Assembly (NCBI RefSeq): GCF_000143415.4
Contig: NW_003314274.1
Coordinates: 624,806-688,805, forward strand
DNA from: Selaginella moellendorffii
Lineage: Eukaryota; Plantae; Lycopodiophyta
Direction: 5' to 3'
DNA length: 64,000 nucleotides
Shown in pieces: positions 25,915-37,390 of this stretch; the first letter of the stretch is position 1, and each line of letters begins with the position of its first letter. A program made the position numbers and the translations under genes. The notes under the pieces were generated by a model. The model made no database searches. It was not told the origin of the DNA and saw nothing but the letters and a program-made list of their open reading frames with translations.

Positions 25915-27011
25915 ATTTAACGTCTTTGGACGTAGAGGAGAGGTCGTTCCATAACTCATTTAAGTCGGTGTATTTCCCACATAGTGTGCTTTCCGTTAAC
26001 TTTCGAAGTTATTTCCTTGACGGTTTGCTAGACTCGGGTATGCATCGACGAGGACGTCGATCTTCCCCAAGGGGGGGAGAGTGTCACGAATGTGACTTCG
26101 GGTATCGAAAGATACTTGTCGGCCAGTCCTTACGAGCACTCTTTCCTTACTGCCACGACGGCAGGAGGTCGGTACTGCTGGTCCCTTTTATGGTCTCCAC
26201 TCAAGCTAGTTGAGAAACTGGTCATCACATGTGCACTTGACCAGATGAGCATAAGGACGGAATTCCTACATGCTATTTGTCAAGCATACTTGACCTGGTT
26301 AGAGAAACTCATTCGCTGACTTGCACTTGCTAGTGTTGGGAACCCTCATGATATTGAGACTAGTCCCTCAATATTCGATTGATGATAGCTTACCGTGTCT
26401 GCCAAACACCCTCGCTATCATGCCCTTAGTGTTGGTCTCATTTCGGTCCCATATGCTATATATGGAAAGTGTCTAGATTCACTCATTTGGCATATCTACA
26501 AAATGTAGAGATCGGCCTGAACACAATGGTGTTCATCCCGTGTCCAAATTCGCAAATCTAAGGCCATTCCATATTTAGTAAGTTTCGGACTTGTCCCAGA
26601 GACCAACTCCTGGTACTAAGGGAGGCTTGGGGTGAAAGCCCAAAGCGTGTGTCCCTCAAGGGGGGGGGGCTATGGGGGGTTCCAAATATATAGTAGGGAT
26701 AGTGGTTGGAATGCATGTCCGACCACCTGAGACATTAGTTTGGCTCCCGTTGGGCTGTGTCGCTCCTTGTTCTGCGTCCGGCTTGGGTCTAAGCCCAAGC
26801 TCCACGCTGCTCTAGTCGGTGGAGTACCCTCCTTCTCGCGTTAGGCCACCGGTATGCCAAAATTGTGCCAGACTCCGTCTGACACCATTTTGCATGTAGG
26901 TGCTGGATATGAGGAGCTGGTGCTCATGGGATCGTACCGGACCCTCGTTCGTAGCGCAACGGGCTTGGAGTTCGGCTCCAAATTCAGGTGCGCTACATTT
27001 GGTATCAGAGC
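25915..27011 (+). mobile_element. Family A fragment: 3' internal region, PPT, LTR (26082-26997) and PBS
   Basis: Matches about 18322-19401 and is followed directly by TTTGGTATCAGAGC. Confidence 0.9.
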
Positions 27012-30000
27012 TCAGACCCATCCTCGAGCTGCACTGGTGGAGGCGGAGGAATGACCCAATTTGGAATAGGACTGGGAATATAAGGCTCAAGGAGAGAGGA
27101 GTGAAAAACGGGGTGAATTTGATATGAGGAAGGAAGTGCAAAGCGATAAGTGACAGGATTAATGATGGCAGTGATAGGGAATGGACCAAGGCGTTTGAAA
27201 TCGAGTTTTGGACAAAGCTTGGTGGTGGAGATATTTCTCCTGAGGAGCCAGACTTTATCCTCGATATTGTAAGGGGGACAATCCTGACGATGGATATTGC
27301 CAAATGTTTTGTGAGATTCCTGAGCACGATGGAGATGGAAGGAGATGGAGTTGTGGATTTCCTGGAGGTTGGAGACAAATGCCTTAGAGCGGGGATTTGA
27401 ACAAGAGGAGTCAAATGGAGAAGGAAGCGAGAGATTAAATCGAGGATTTCGACCAGAGTTCGCAAAGAAGGGGGAAACTCGAAGAGAGGAGTGAATAGAG
27501 TTGTTATAAGAGAACTCGGCAAGGGGAAGGATATCGAACCAGTTATCCTGATGATAGTTGATGAAGCACCTCAAGAATTGTTCCAACGTCTGAATCATTC
27601 GCTCGGACTGTCCATCAGTTTGAGGATGATACGCTGAGGAGAGGTTGGCCTTCACTCCTAGCAGTTGCAAAAACTGTTGCCAGAAATGAGAGATGAACTG
27701 AGGTCCCCGATCCAAAACCACATCTGCAGGAATCCCATGAAGTCGGAAAATTTCCCTGAATACCAGTTTTGCCATGTCCTCGCCCGAAAACTCCTTGGTA
27801 CATGGCAAGAAGTGCGCCATCTTTGTGAAGCGATCCACCACAACTAAAATGCTGTTGAAGCCTCCAGAATTGGGAAGATCACTCAAGAAATCCATGGAGA
27901 TGGATTCCCAAGGACCTGAAGGGACCGGGAGGGATCGAAGAAAACCTGAAGGAAGGTGGTGAGGTACCTTATTTTGAGCGCAAGTGTCACAGGAGGTAAC
28001 AAAGGCTTTGATGTAGTCGTCCATGTGAGGCCACCAAAAATCCCGTGCAACCAGCTCATAGGTTTTCGCAATGCCGAAGTGACCAGCAGTCGGGCTATCG
28101 TGGCACACCATCAGAACCAACCTTCGAGCATCACCTTCAGGAACGTAAAACTGCTCCCCACGGTACAATAAGCCATCTAAGAACTCGAACTCGTCAAATC
28201 GCCGGCAGTCGGGAGTCACTGGGTGTCCAGCCTGAAGATGGGGGAAAATGTCATTGGTGAGATCATCGGATTGAAGATCGTTTCTGATCGCATCCATCAA
28301 GGAGGAGTCCTGAGGGGCCAAGGAAATTGCCATAACTTGAAGCCGATCAGGACCGAGGATAACTTGATCTTGTTGATCGAAGGCAGGATTACCAGGCCTG
28401 AGACTGAGATAGGAGCGCCTTGAAAGAGCATTAGGAAGGCCTTGAAGCTTTCCAGGTCTATACTTGATAACAAAGTCAAACCGACTCAAGAATTGTGCCC
28501 ACCTTGCTTGACAACGGCTCAAAACTCGGGAAGTGGCAAAGTACTCGAGATTTTTGTGATCCCTCCAGACCGTTGTTTGATGGCCTGCCCCCTCCAAGAA
28601 ACGACGCCACTCTCCAAAAGAATCCACAATAGCAAGGAGGTCCTTGTCGTGGATTTCGTAATTGATCTCCGCCGGCTAGAATTTCCGAGAATGGAAAGCC
28701 ACTGGATGAAGTTCTTGATCCACTCCGAGTTGAGACAGCACAGCACCAATGGCAAAGTCGGAGGCGTCAGCCTTGATGAAGAAAGGTTGTGAGGGATCAG
28801 CGTGGATCAAGACGGGAGCAGAACTGAAGGCCGCCTTGAGTGTGTCGAAGGCCTGCTGGGCAGTAGCAGACCAAGAGAAGGGAACATCCTTGCGAGTGAG
28901 ATGCGTGAGAGGAAGGACAATGTCAGAGTAGTGATCAATGAATTTGCGATAGAAGTTGGCAAAGCCAAGGAGAACCTAAACGTCCGACATTGATTGGGGA
29001 AGCTCCCATTCGAGAATAGTCTTGACTTTGGCAGGATCCATCGTGATGCCCTCAGGAGTGACAATGTACCCAAGGAACTCCACAGACTGCTGATCGAAGG
29101 AACATTTCTCAAGCTTTGCGTATAGGCCATGTTCTCGCAACTTCGCCAACACCTTACGTACATATTCGTCGTGCTCCTCCTGAGTTTTTGAGTAGATGAG
29201 GATGTCATCGAGGTAGACGATCACCATCTGATCAAGAAACTCCCGAAAGATGTCGTTTGCCATGTGTTGAAAAACTGCTGGAGCATTTGTCAAGCCAAAT
29301 GGCATGACAGTGTACTCGAAGTGGCCATAGCGGGTTCGGAACGCAGTCTTCCATTCATCACCAGGCCGGATCTAGATCAGATTGTATGCTCCACGGAGGT
29401 CGATCTTGGTGAAGAAGCAGGCACTGCTGAGGCATTCCAACAGGTCCGAAATCAGGGGCAATGGATAACGGTTCCAAACAGTCACCTTGTTCCAACCTCG
29501 GTAGTCGATGACTAGCCGCAAACTCCCGTCCTTCTTCTTGACAAAGAAGACAGGTGCTCCAGCTGGAGACTGTGAATGCTGAATGTACCCCAAGGCAAGG
29601 TTCTGATCCACGTACTCTTTGAGGGCCTGAAGCTCGGATGGGGATAACCCGTAGATAGGCCCCCACGGAGGTGACGCTCCTTCCTGTAAATCAATGGGAC
29701 AGTCATAAGGCTGATGAACAGGCAAGACACTATCTTTTTCTTGTCAAACACATCCCCAAAATCATGATACTTCTCAGGAAGACTGACAGGAGAAACATGC
29801 AAAGCAAAAAGGAAAAGAGGTTCTTCATGAAGGAGTTCTTTTATAGAGATTGTGGAGATAGGAGAAGGCGTACGACTAAATGGAATGATGAGACGAGGAT
29901 ATTGTCCAGTGTAAGATGGAGAGAGGAAAAAAAAGAGGGTGAAAACTTCATAGAGTCAAGAACAAAACCCCGATTTGAGTTTAGGGAACTTTTCCTGATT

Positions 30001-32822
30001 CGGACTCGATGAACAGTAGGGGAAGCCATGGGAGATGGTGATGTGGGAGAGAGGAGCTGTAATTCCTTCCAACAGATCTAAGGCTGATGTAGTTGGAACG
30101 AGCACCACAGAGGAGGACTTGCTATTGATGATGTTGAAGGCGATATCGGTGACGGTGGACCCGATGTGTACTCGAACGGGCAACGTTTCCCTAAGTCCAG
30201 AAGATGGAGACACAAAATGCCCGCCGATGCCTTCAACCCTCATATCCCGTATAGTAGGAGAAAGAGGAACGTGATGTCGGGTAGCAAAGTCCGTGTCCAT
30301 GAAGCAGGAAGTTGCACCCGAGTCCAGTAGCGCCAGAGCCTTGAGTCCTGATTGTCCGGTGAAAGAAAGGAGACATGGGACGTGGAAGTTGCGGGAATTG
30401 GTGGTGGCTTTGATGAAAGGTGGTGAGGAGCTTGATAAACAAAAAAAGTGATTTTTATTCGGGAAGTCCAAATAGACAGCTCCTACTCTGTTTGGACAGG
30501 GTCGTTTCCCGACTGCAACAGAGGTGGACTTTGAGGCAGAGTGAACTCGAGCAGTCGGGGAGGCTTCTTAGGACATACAGCTGCTTTGTGATTAGGATCA
30601 GCACAGTAGAGGCAAAGATTATGAGATATTCGACGTTGCTTCTCAGCAGGACTCAACTTCCCTCTAATGAGTCAGGGAGTACCAGAAATATCCATCGGAA
30701 CTGGAGCAGTAGGTTCAGGAGTATGCCCCGAAGACTCAAGCTAGGATTCCTGAGTCTGGGACGGAAAAACAGCGGCGCGGCGACTTTCCTGACGATGTTC
30801 AAAGAGACGGTTGTCACATTGAACAGCTTTGTTGATGGCGTCCGACAGGTCCTTGGGATCCTCCATGGTGAGCAACAAATCCTTGACACCGTTGTTGAGG
30901 CCGAAACGAAATTGGTCAATCAGGGCCCGCTCATCCCACTGAGTGTCCAAGGCAAGGAGTTGGAACTCTACAGCATAGATCGAGGCGGGACGAGACCCCT
31001 GAGAGAGACGTCTCATCTTTGTGGTAGCAGCCCGAACCCGATCCGTCTCGCCAAAACATGCTTCGAGCTTCTCTTTGAACAATTGAAGATCCATCAGCTC
31101 CGGAACCACAACCCCTTTCATGCTCTTCTCCAGAAGAGGAGAAAACCATGACAAAGCTACACCTTCCAGCAACGTCCCAATCGCACCGATTTGAGACTCG
31201 GGAGTGGGGTACCGCCGATGCTGAAGTGCGAAAATCAGCTCCATTTGGTTCAGAAATCCGCGAAGCTCCGAACGCTTGCCTGAAAATTTCACCGGGAAAC
31301 TCACCTTCGGTTCAGGAACTTTGCTGGATCCTTGAGCCGAAAGTGAAGCAAGCTCCTGCTGCATGCGAAGAAGGGTCGCCTTCAGCTTGGTATTCTCAGA
31401 CTGGATTTTTGCAAGAACTTCGGCAAAGAAATCAGGATGGCTTGGAGACTCCATCGACAAGAAGAAAGAAAAAGGGGAAAAAAGGCAAAGGTAGTCAAAC
31501 AATCAAAACGAGCTAAAGCAAAAAAAGAAAAAACACAATCTGAATCAAACTGTCAAGACCCTCAACAAGATCAAGATTGGAAAATGCAAAAGACAAAGAG
31601 AAAAGCTAGTGGAAACAAAGAAAAGGCCTTAGACTGGTGTTGATTCAGATTGTGGAGAAATGGAACAAGGCTAACCTATATATACTATAGGTTGATGAAG
31701 CTCCACCACTCTTAGATCGAGGACGGCCTAAATATAGCTGAGGTCAAGGAGTCGCCACATCATCATCAGGAATCTGGCTCGAGACTCAAGAATCGTACAG
31801 GAAATTAGAGAGTCAGGAATAGGGAAGTGTCTCGAGAGTCAGGAATGTGGTCTACAGGTCAGAAATCCGGTGAAAGTCAGGAATGTAGCAAGAATTGGGG
31901 GATTCCTGACAGTTATATGACTAAAGTAGAATAGAAAATTTAGTTGCTTACACAATGCTCACAATGGTGTAATAATATTAAAAATATTATCAACAAAACA
32001 ATTGAGATATTACACTTTGCATAGGAAGTGTTATATATCATTCATACACTCTAGAGTAAAAAACTTTAGAATAGCCATAAGTTTGTCATAATCAACTTAC
32101 AAACTTTCACAAGAAATATAATACCCAAGATAAATTGTATCTTTAGAATAACATTAAAATATTAAATTAAGTTAAAATATTTTAATGTAAAAATTCTATG
32201 TTAATGGTAGGTGCAAAACCCCCCTTAGATGGTTGAATCACTAATGAAGTTTTAAACCCCTATGATATGTATATACTAAAAATATGGCAAATAACTATCC
32301 CAATCTAAATATTAAAAGTTTACATACTTTATCATGATCCCTTTGAAGATTCAAATGAGTATTCTATTAAACCATCTATCTATGGATAATAAACATTTGT
32401 AAAAGTATAGCATATTTTTAGCTGAGATGTTAATATCTAAAATGTCTTAACCATAAACACAAGATATTATCTGAGAGAATTCACTTTGGACAAAATTGCT
32501 AGAACACCATTTGATTGAAAAGGAAGTATCTAATGGTAGTCATAAACACATTAGCAAGAGCACCAACTTCCACTCAACAAATTCAGTAGTCAAAAGCATT
32601 CATTACCAAAAATTAATTTTGGAAATGGTCCTATCAAATCAAACACATCAATGATCTTTTTGTAGTATAAGAGGCAATATTACTAATTTAGCACTAAACA
32701 CAAGTATACACATACTGAATAATATTATATTATATCTTTGGCCAATAAAAAGATTTGCATAACTTCTTAATCACACAATGGTGTCCTATATGCTTGCTTA
32801 GTCATAGTATATATAGAGAAAG

Positions 32823-32967
32823 TGTAGCACACCTTATTTCTTTTTTCTTAAGCCAACTAAAAAAGGGGCAATTGCTTGATGAGAGAGCCCTTAGTGGTTA
32901 TTTTATTTCTATTTATTCCTTAAGATTCCAAGGATCCACAATAATACCCATGATCACATGCACTACA
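32823..32967 (-). mobile_element. Solo LTR of TRIM family T
   Basis: TGTAGCACACC...CACTACA is the reverse complement of the TRIM LTR; perfect TSD GAAAG on both sides. Confidence 0.85.
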
Positions 32968-35279
32968 GAAAGCATGGAATAAATCACAACTAGCCACAAA
33001 TAATTAATCCCTATAAAGTAAAGAAGGTTGTCCTTAAAGCAATTGTAAATGCTAAAATGGCAAATCATCAACAAAATTTTCAACCCATCATGAAACATTT
33101 AAATCCTTTACTCAATCTTTTTAGCCTCACAACATTTATTAAGTAAATGTAAATTTAGTTTTACACATTATGAACATTGAACATCAAATAGAGCAACCAC
33201 CAATAACATAGAATTCTTATTTGAAAACTCCACTAATGTTGGAATAACATACTTATCAAAAATACAAAAAGAGAGTAAAAAAAGGAGAGGAACTTGAAAA
33301 AAGATGTTAATATCAACCATAGAATATCCTTAGTAATGAACAATCTTGAAGTTATATATATAAAGATTTAAAGCCCATTAAGTAGTATTATCAAACATAT
33401 TTTTCAATAATAAAATTATTGTAGCATGATCACCTTCTAGTATGTTCAAGAATCATGCAAGTATATATAAAGCTTCTTAAAACCCTAAACTAATATTAGA
33501 CACTTTTTTTATCGTGGAGTAATTCACCTTTGCTAGTTACAATGTACAATTGATAATTCCAAAGGGATGATATTTATTAAGCATACTCATGGTCTCTTGC
33601 ATCAACATACCCAATATTATAAGCATCTATAAACAAGTTGAAAGGTCAAGTATAATTAGGATATGTCAATTGTCAACAATGCTTTAAGATCCGCAAATAC
33701 ACACTTACAGTTCTCAAACAAGATGAAAGATGATGTTGATGACTTATTATAACATGTTGTGTACATTTGTGTCATGTTGCAAAATATATATCCATGTGCG
33801 TGGGATGAGGTAAACCTAGTCATGTGTATGGGTGTTCTTGAGTTTGAGCTCTAATCATTATAAGTTTCATCTTTGGTATGGATTGATTGCAACGCAATTA
33901 TGTTAAGTCTGATTTCTTCGCTTTGTCTCATACTTCTTCATATCTCTTCCATTTCTCTCACTTCTATTTTAATTCATCCCTTTATTTTTACTGTTTCTTC
34001 TTTGTCTCTATATTATTTTTTATTATATTTCCTTTTTATTTTCATAAAACTTAAAATTTACTAAATGAAATAGAAGTCAAAGTTTTAGCTAAAGTGTCTA
34101 CAAAACTTCAAATAATAACATATATAAGGTAAAAGTTTCTTCAATTAATTTTAGAGTGATATAACAATCCAGCTTAGTAAATGCTTTAGAATTATTCTTT
34201 TTATTTATATGTATATAGTTCATAAAAATCAGGTTATTTTTTATAAATAGTTATTGTATATTAAATTTTTCATATGTAGAGTATGATATTAATCTTACCA
34301 AGGCTTTTAAATATTTTTATAATTAAAATGCATTAATGATTGTACTAAAATATTTTTCAAACATAAAAAATAATATTGTGAGATCTAGGTGATGTTGTGA
34401 TGTTGTATACAATTATTAATGTAGTGGGATTTTGGTAGCCATCAGATTGGTTTCAATCACTCTTATATAGGAGTTAAGGTTTTTAGGCTAATCAAATATG
34501 TATATTTTTATATTGCATTTTCATATTCTATGCATTCATATTGGTGGAGTTGAGGGGCAATTTTGATTTATTTTAAGGAGTATTTAGATTTTTTTTTTGT
34601 TTAAATTTAGCTTTTACATTATCTAGATCTCTCTCATTCATGAGGTTTATTAATTTCTTCTCTTTTCCTTTGATTTTGTTTATTTATCTTAATGGCAAAG
34701 TAATAGCCTCCTTTATAAGCTTTTAAATTTGAATTTTCTGGGAAGTCACCTAATTTAGTATTATTCAAAACTAAGAACACTTAACTTCAACTATCCCAAG
34801 ACCCTTAACCAATTAGAAAAGAGGGTGCACTCTTGTTCATAAACCTTTTCTTTATAAATCATCTCTCTTATTATTCCCTTTGTTTGATTATAATTTATTA
34901 TGCTTTTTTGCAAGTTCACACCCTTGTGAATGGAAATTAAGAGTTGCAACCCTGCTAAAAACCTCACTCTTTTGACACCCTACCCCTTCGGTTGATCTCA
35001 GTGGAGCATACTAAACTTGCAAAATATCAATCAACATGTGGTGTGATTCCTCTAAGCTAATCAATAAAGTCAAACCTAAGACCTTTTTAATACAAATGTA
35101 AGCTCATGAATTTAGACTTCCCAAAAGATACTCAACCTAGTACTATTCTAACCTAAGGATGTTTAACCCCTTTAATGATTGGATAAGGGAATATACTTTT
35201 GTTCATAGGCCCTTTCCTTCTATATTTGAACCCTTATAGATTGTTTCATGAGTTATTCCCTTTAGTTACTTATATTTTC

Positions 35280-36200
35280 TTCTTTTGACTTTGGAATAAT
35301 AATTGGTGTAATTACTTGATGCTATGTAATTGCAATTGAAAAACCAGATTCAGTTGATGGCGACATTCATAAAATGTGGTGCAACTCCTTTTGCTCTTTG
35401 TGTCAATCCTCACATCAAATTAGATTCTTTTTATAAGAATTTTGGGGATGATGTGTACTATTTATTCATCACTTTATAGTTTATCATTTTTGGGATGATG
35501 CCCAGGGTTTGTGTAAGTTTTTAACATTTCTCCAAAGGACAATATTGCAATGGTACAATGGTTTGAATATAGCCACTCATGTGGATTGAAGCCTTCTCCA
35601 AAATGTCCTTAAACACTTATTTGGACATACTAATGATTGCAACAATGCCTTCTAACAATTGTATTATGTCTAGCAAAGATCATTTGAGTTAATGATGCAA
35701 TTTGATATTTGTTTTCAAAGCTTTTTATTTTGTGCAGAGCCAAATATATTAAAGCAGATCAAGTTGGGAATATTATGGCTAGTGCTTCATCAAGATCTTA
35801 TGGGACTCAAGCATACACTACTCTAACATTAATACCTATTAATATATCACTATAAGACATCACTTTTCCCACTTATCATTGCACACACTTCAACTCATTA
35901 TCGCCCATATTTAAGGATAAGGGTGAAAATATAGATATGGTTGTAATATTCATTCCCAAGCTTGTGATAAAGTTGGCGTTCTCAACATTTTTTAGATTAG
36001 CATTCTCCATTTCGTAGGTAGAAGCCTTGTTGTCAACTTCGTCATGTTAGTCCTACTACAATGAAAGGATTTGATGTAAAGATTGTTTTAGGAAATGAGA
36101 AGTTGTATGAGTAGTGTTGCATGAATAAAATAGTGACCCTTTCATATTTTTTTTGGAAGTATTATCAAAAGGTTCATTGGGCACTAATTCATATAGTGTT
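35280..36200 (-). pseudogene. Possible highly decayed hAT-type transposase relic
   Basis: Frameshifted minus-strand remnants resemble LDESTS (about 35780) and HQLNLV (about 35345-35362), motifs of hAT transposases; boundaries approximate. Confidence 0.3.
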
Positions 36201-36649
36201 TACTTTCTAAGTTTATTTTTATAATAAAAGGTCTTATGTTATTTTTTTTATGTTGGTTGATACAAGATCAAGTTTATCTACTTTTTCTCAGCTTATGCCA
36301 CACATTATTATCTACAATTATATTATATGGCAAAGTCAATTTTCATTTGTTATGGCAATCGCCGTACACATTCATATACATAGGATAAGGTGGATATAGT
36401 TGTATCTATAGGCAATCTTGAGCTTGAGTTTTAATTATTGTGGGTGGTGCTAAGTCAAACTTTTGACCTTATCCTTGATATGGATTAATTGTAATGTAAT
36501 TATGCCAAATGTAACTTTAAAGTTTCTCCCCTTTGTTTTATACTTTTTTATCCTTCTTCCATTCCTTTTATTTTTGTTCTATTTCATTTCTCAACTTTTA
36601 CTTGTGCTTCCATCACTTTTGTCTTTATATTACTTCCTACTATATTTTT

Positions 36650-37390
36650 GTTTTGCTACTTTATTCCCTCTTCAGATCCCTTTGACAACCTTTATACTGC
36701 AATAGTTGATCAACTTAAGGAGTATATTGATTTATTTGACTTTGACCTATCGTTTTTTACTATGTGCCATTCTATTCCAATTGGAGATAGTCATCTAATC
36801 AATGTTTTTGTTCAATGTCGATCACCCAAGAATATCAAGATTTCAATTATAAATGTTATGGAGATGTTTGAGAAGGGTGTTATCCAAAACTTGTGGAGTT
36901 CTTAGGTGAATAAACCTCATTTTATGACAAAATTTGATAAGAGTATTTATTTTTATATTGACTATCATTTATTAAGTGAGGTAACTATCCCAGATATGTA
37001 TTCTCTTTGTCATATTGTTGATCTTTTGGATTGTTTAGAAAGAAGTCATTGGTTTATTAAGTTAGATCTTGCTTCTGGGTACAAGCGAGTGCTAATGGCT
37101 AAATAAGATGTTCCCAAGATTGTTTTTTATACACCATTTGGAGTTTTTGGTGATGTCATTTAGTTTAAATAATGTTCTAATGACTCTCCAGTAGATGATG
37201 GATGAGGCTTTTTATGATATATTGGAAGTGACTTCTAACTTTGTTCATAATGTCTTAACCCACTTAGAAGGGACATGGGAAGAGCATGTCCATGATATTG
37301 ACAAAGTTTTGGATCGGCTACAGGAAGTGAGTTTAAAGGTAAAGCAATCAAAATATGTGTTTAAGTCTAGATTTTACAAAATCTAATATA
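36650..37390 (+). pseudogene. Decayed Gypsy reverse-transcriptase relic
   Basis: FYIDYHLLSEVTIPDMYSLCHIVDLLDCLERSHWFIKLDLASGYKRV and WEEHVHDIDKVLDRLQEVSLKVKQSK are degenerate RT blocks. Confidence 0.75.

Larger units (their letters stand above)
24494..31911 (-). mobile_element. Ty3/Gypsy chromovirus (family B; Tf1/Tcn1-like, self-priming type), decayed
   Basis: 361-bp LTRs at 24494-24854 and 31551-31911 (13 differences by my count); TSD GTTAC/GTTAT; PPT next to 24854. Gag (CLYCADPNHKAAVC knuckle), protease LLDSGA, RT YLDD, RNase H, integrase and a chromodomain split at 25127/27012. Confidence 0.95.
22948..31952. mobile_element. Solo LTR family C copy 2 (22948-24493 plus 31912-31952), split by Gypsy element B
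   Basis: Starts TGTGAGACAC, ends GCTTACA; perfect 5-bp TSD CAATG at 22943-22947 and 31953-31957. Confidence 0.85.
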
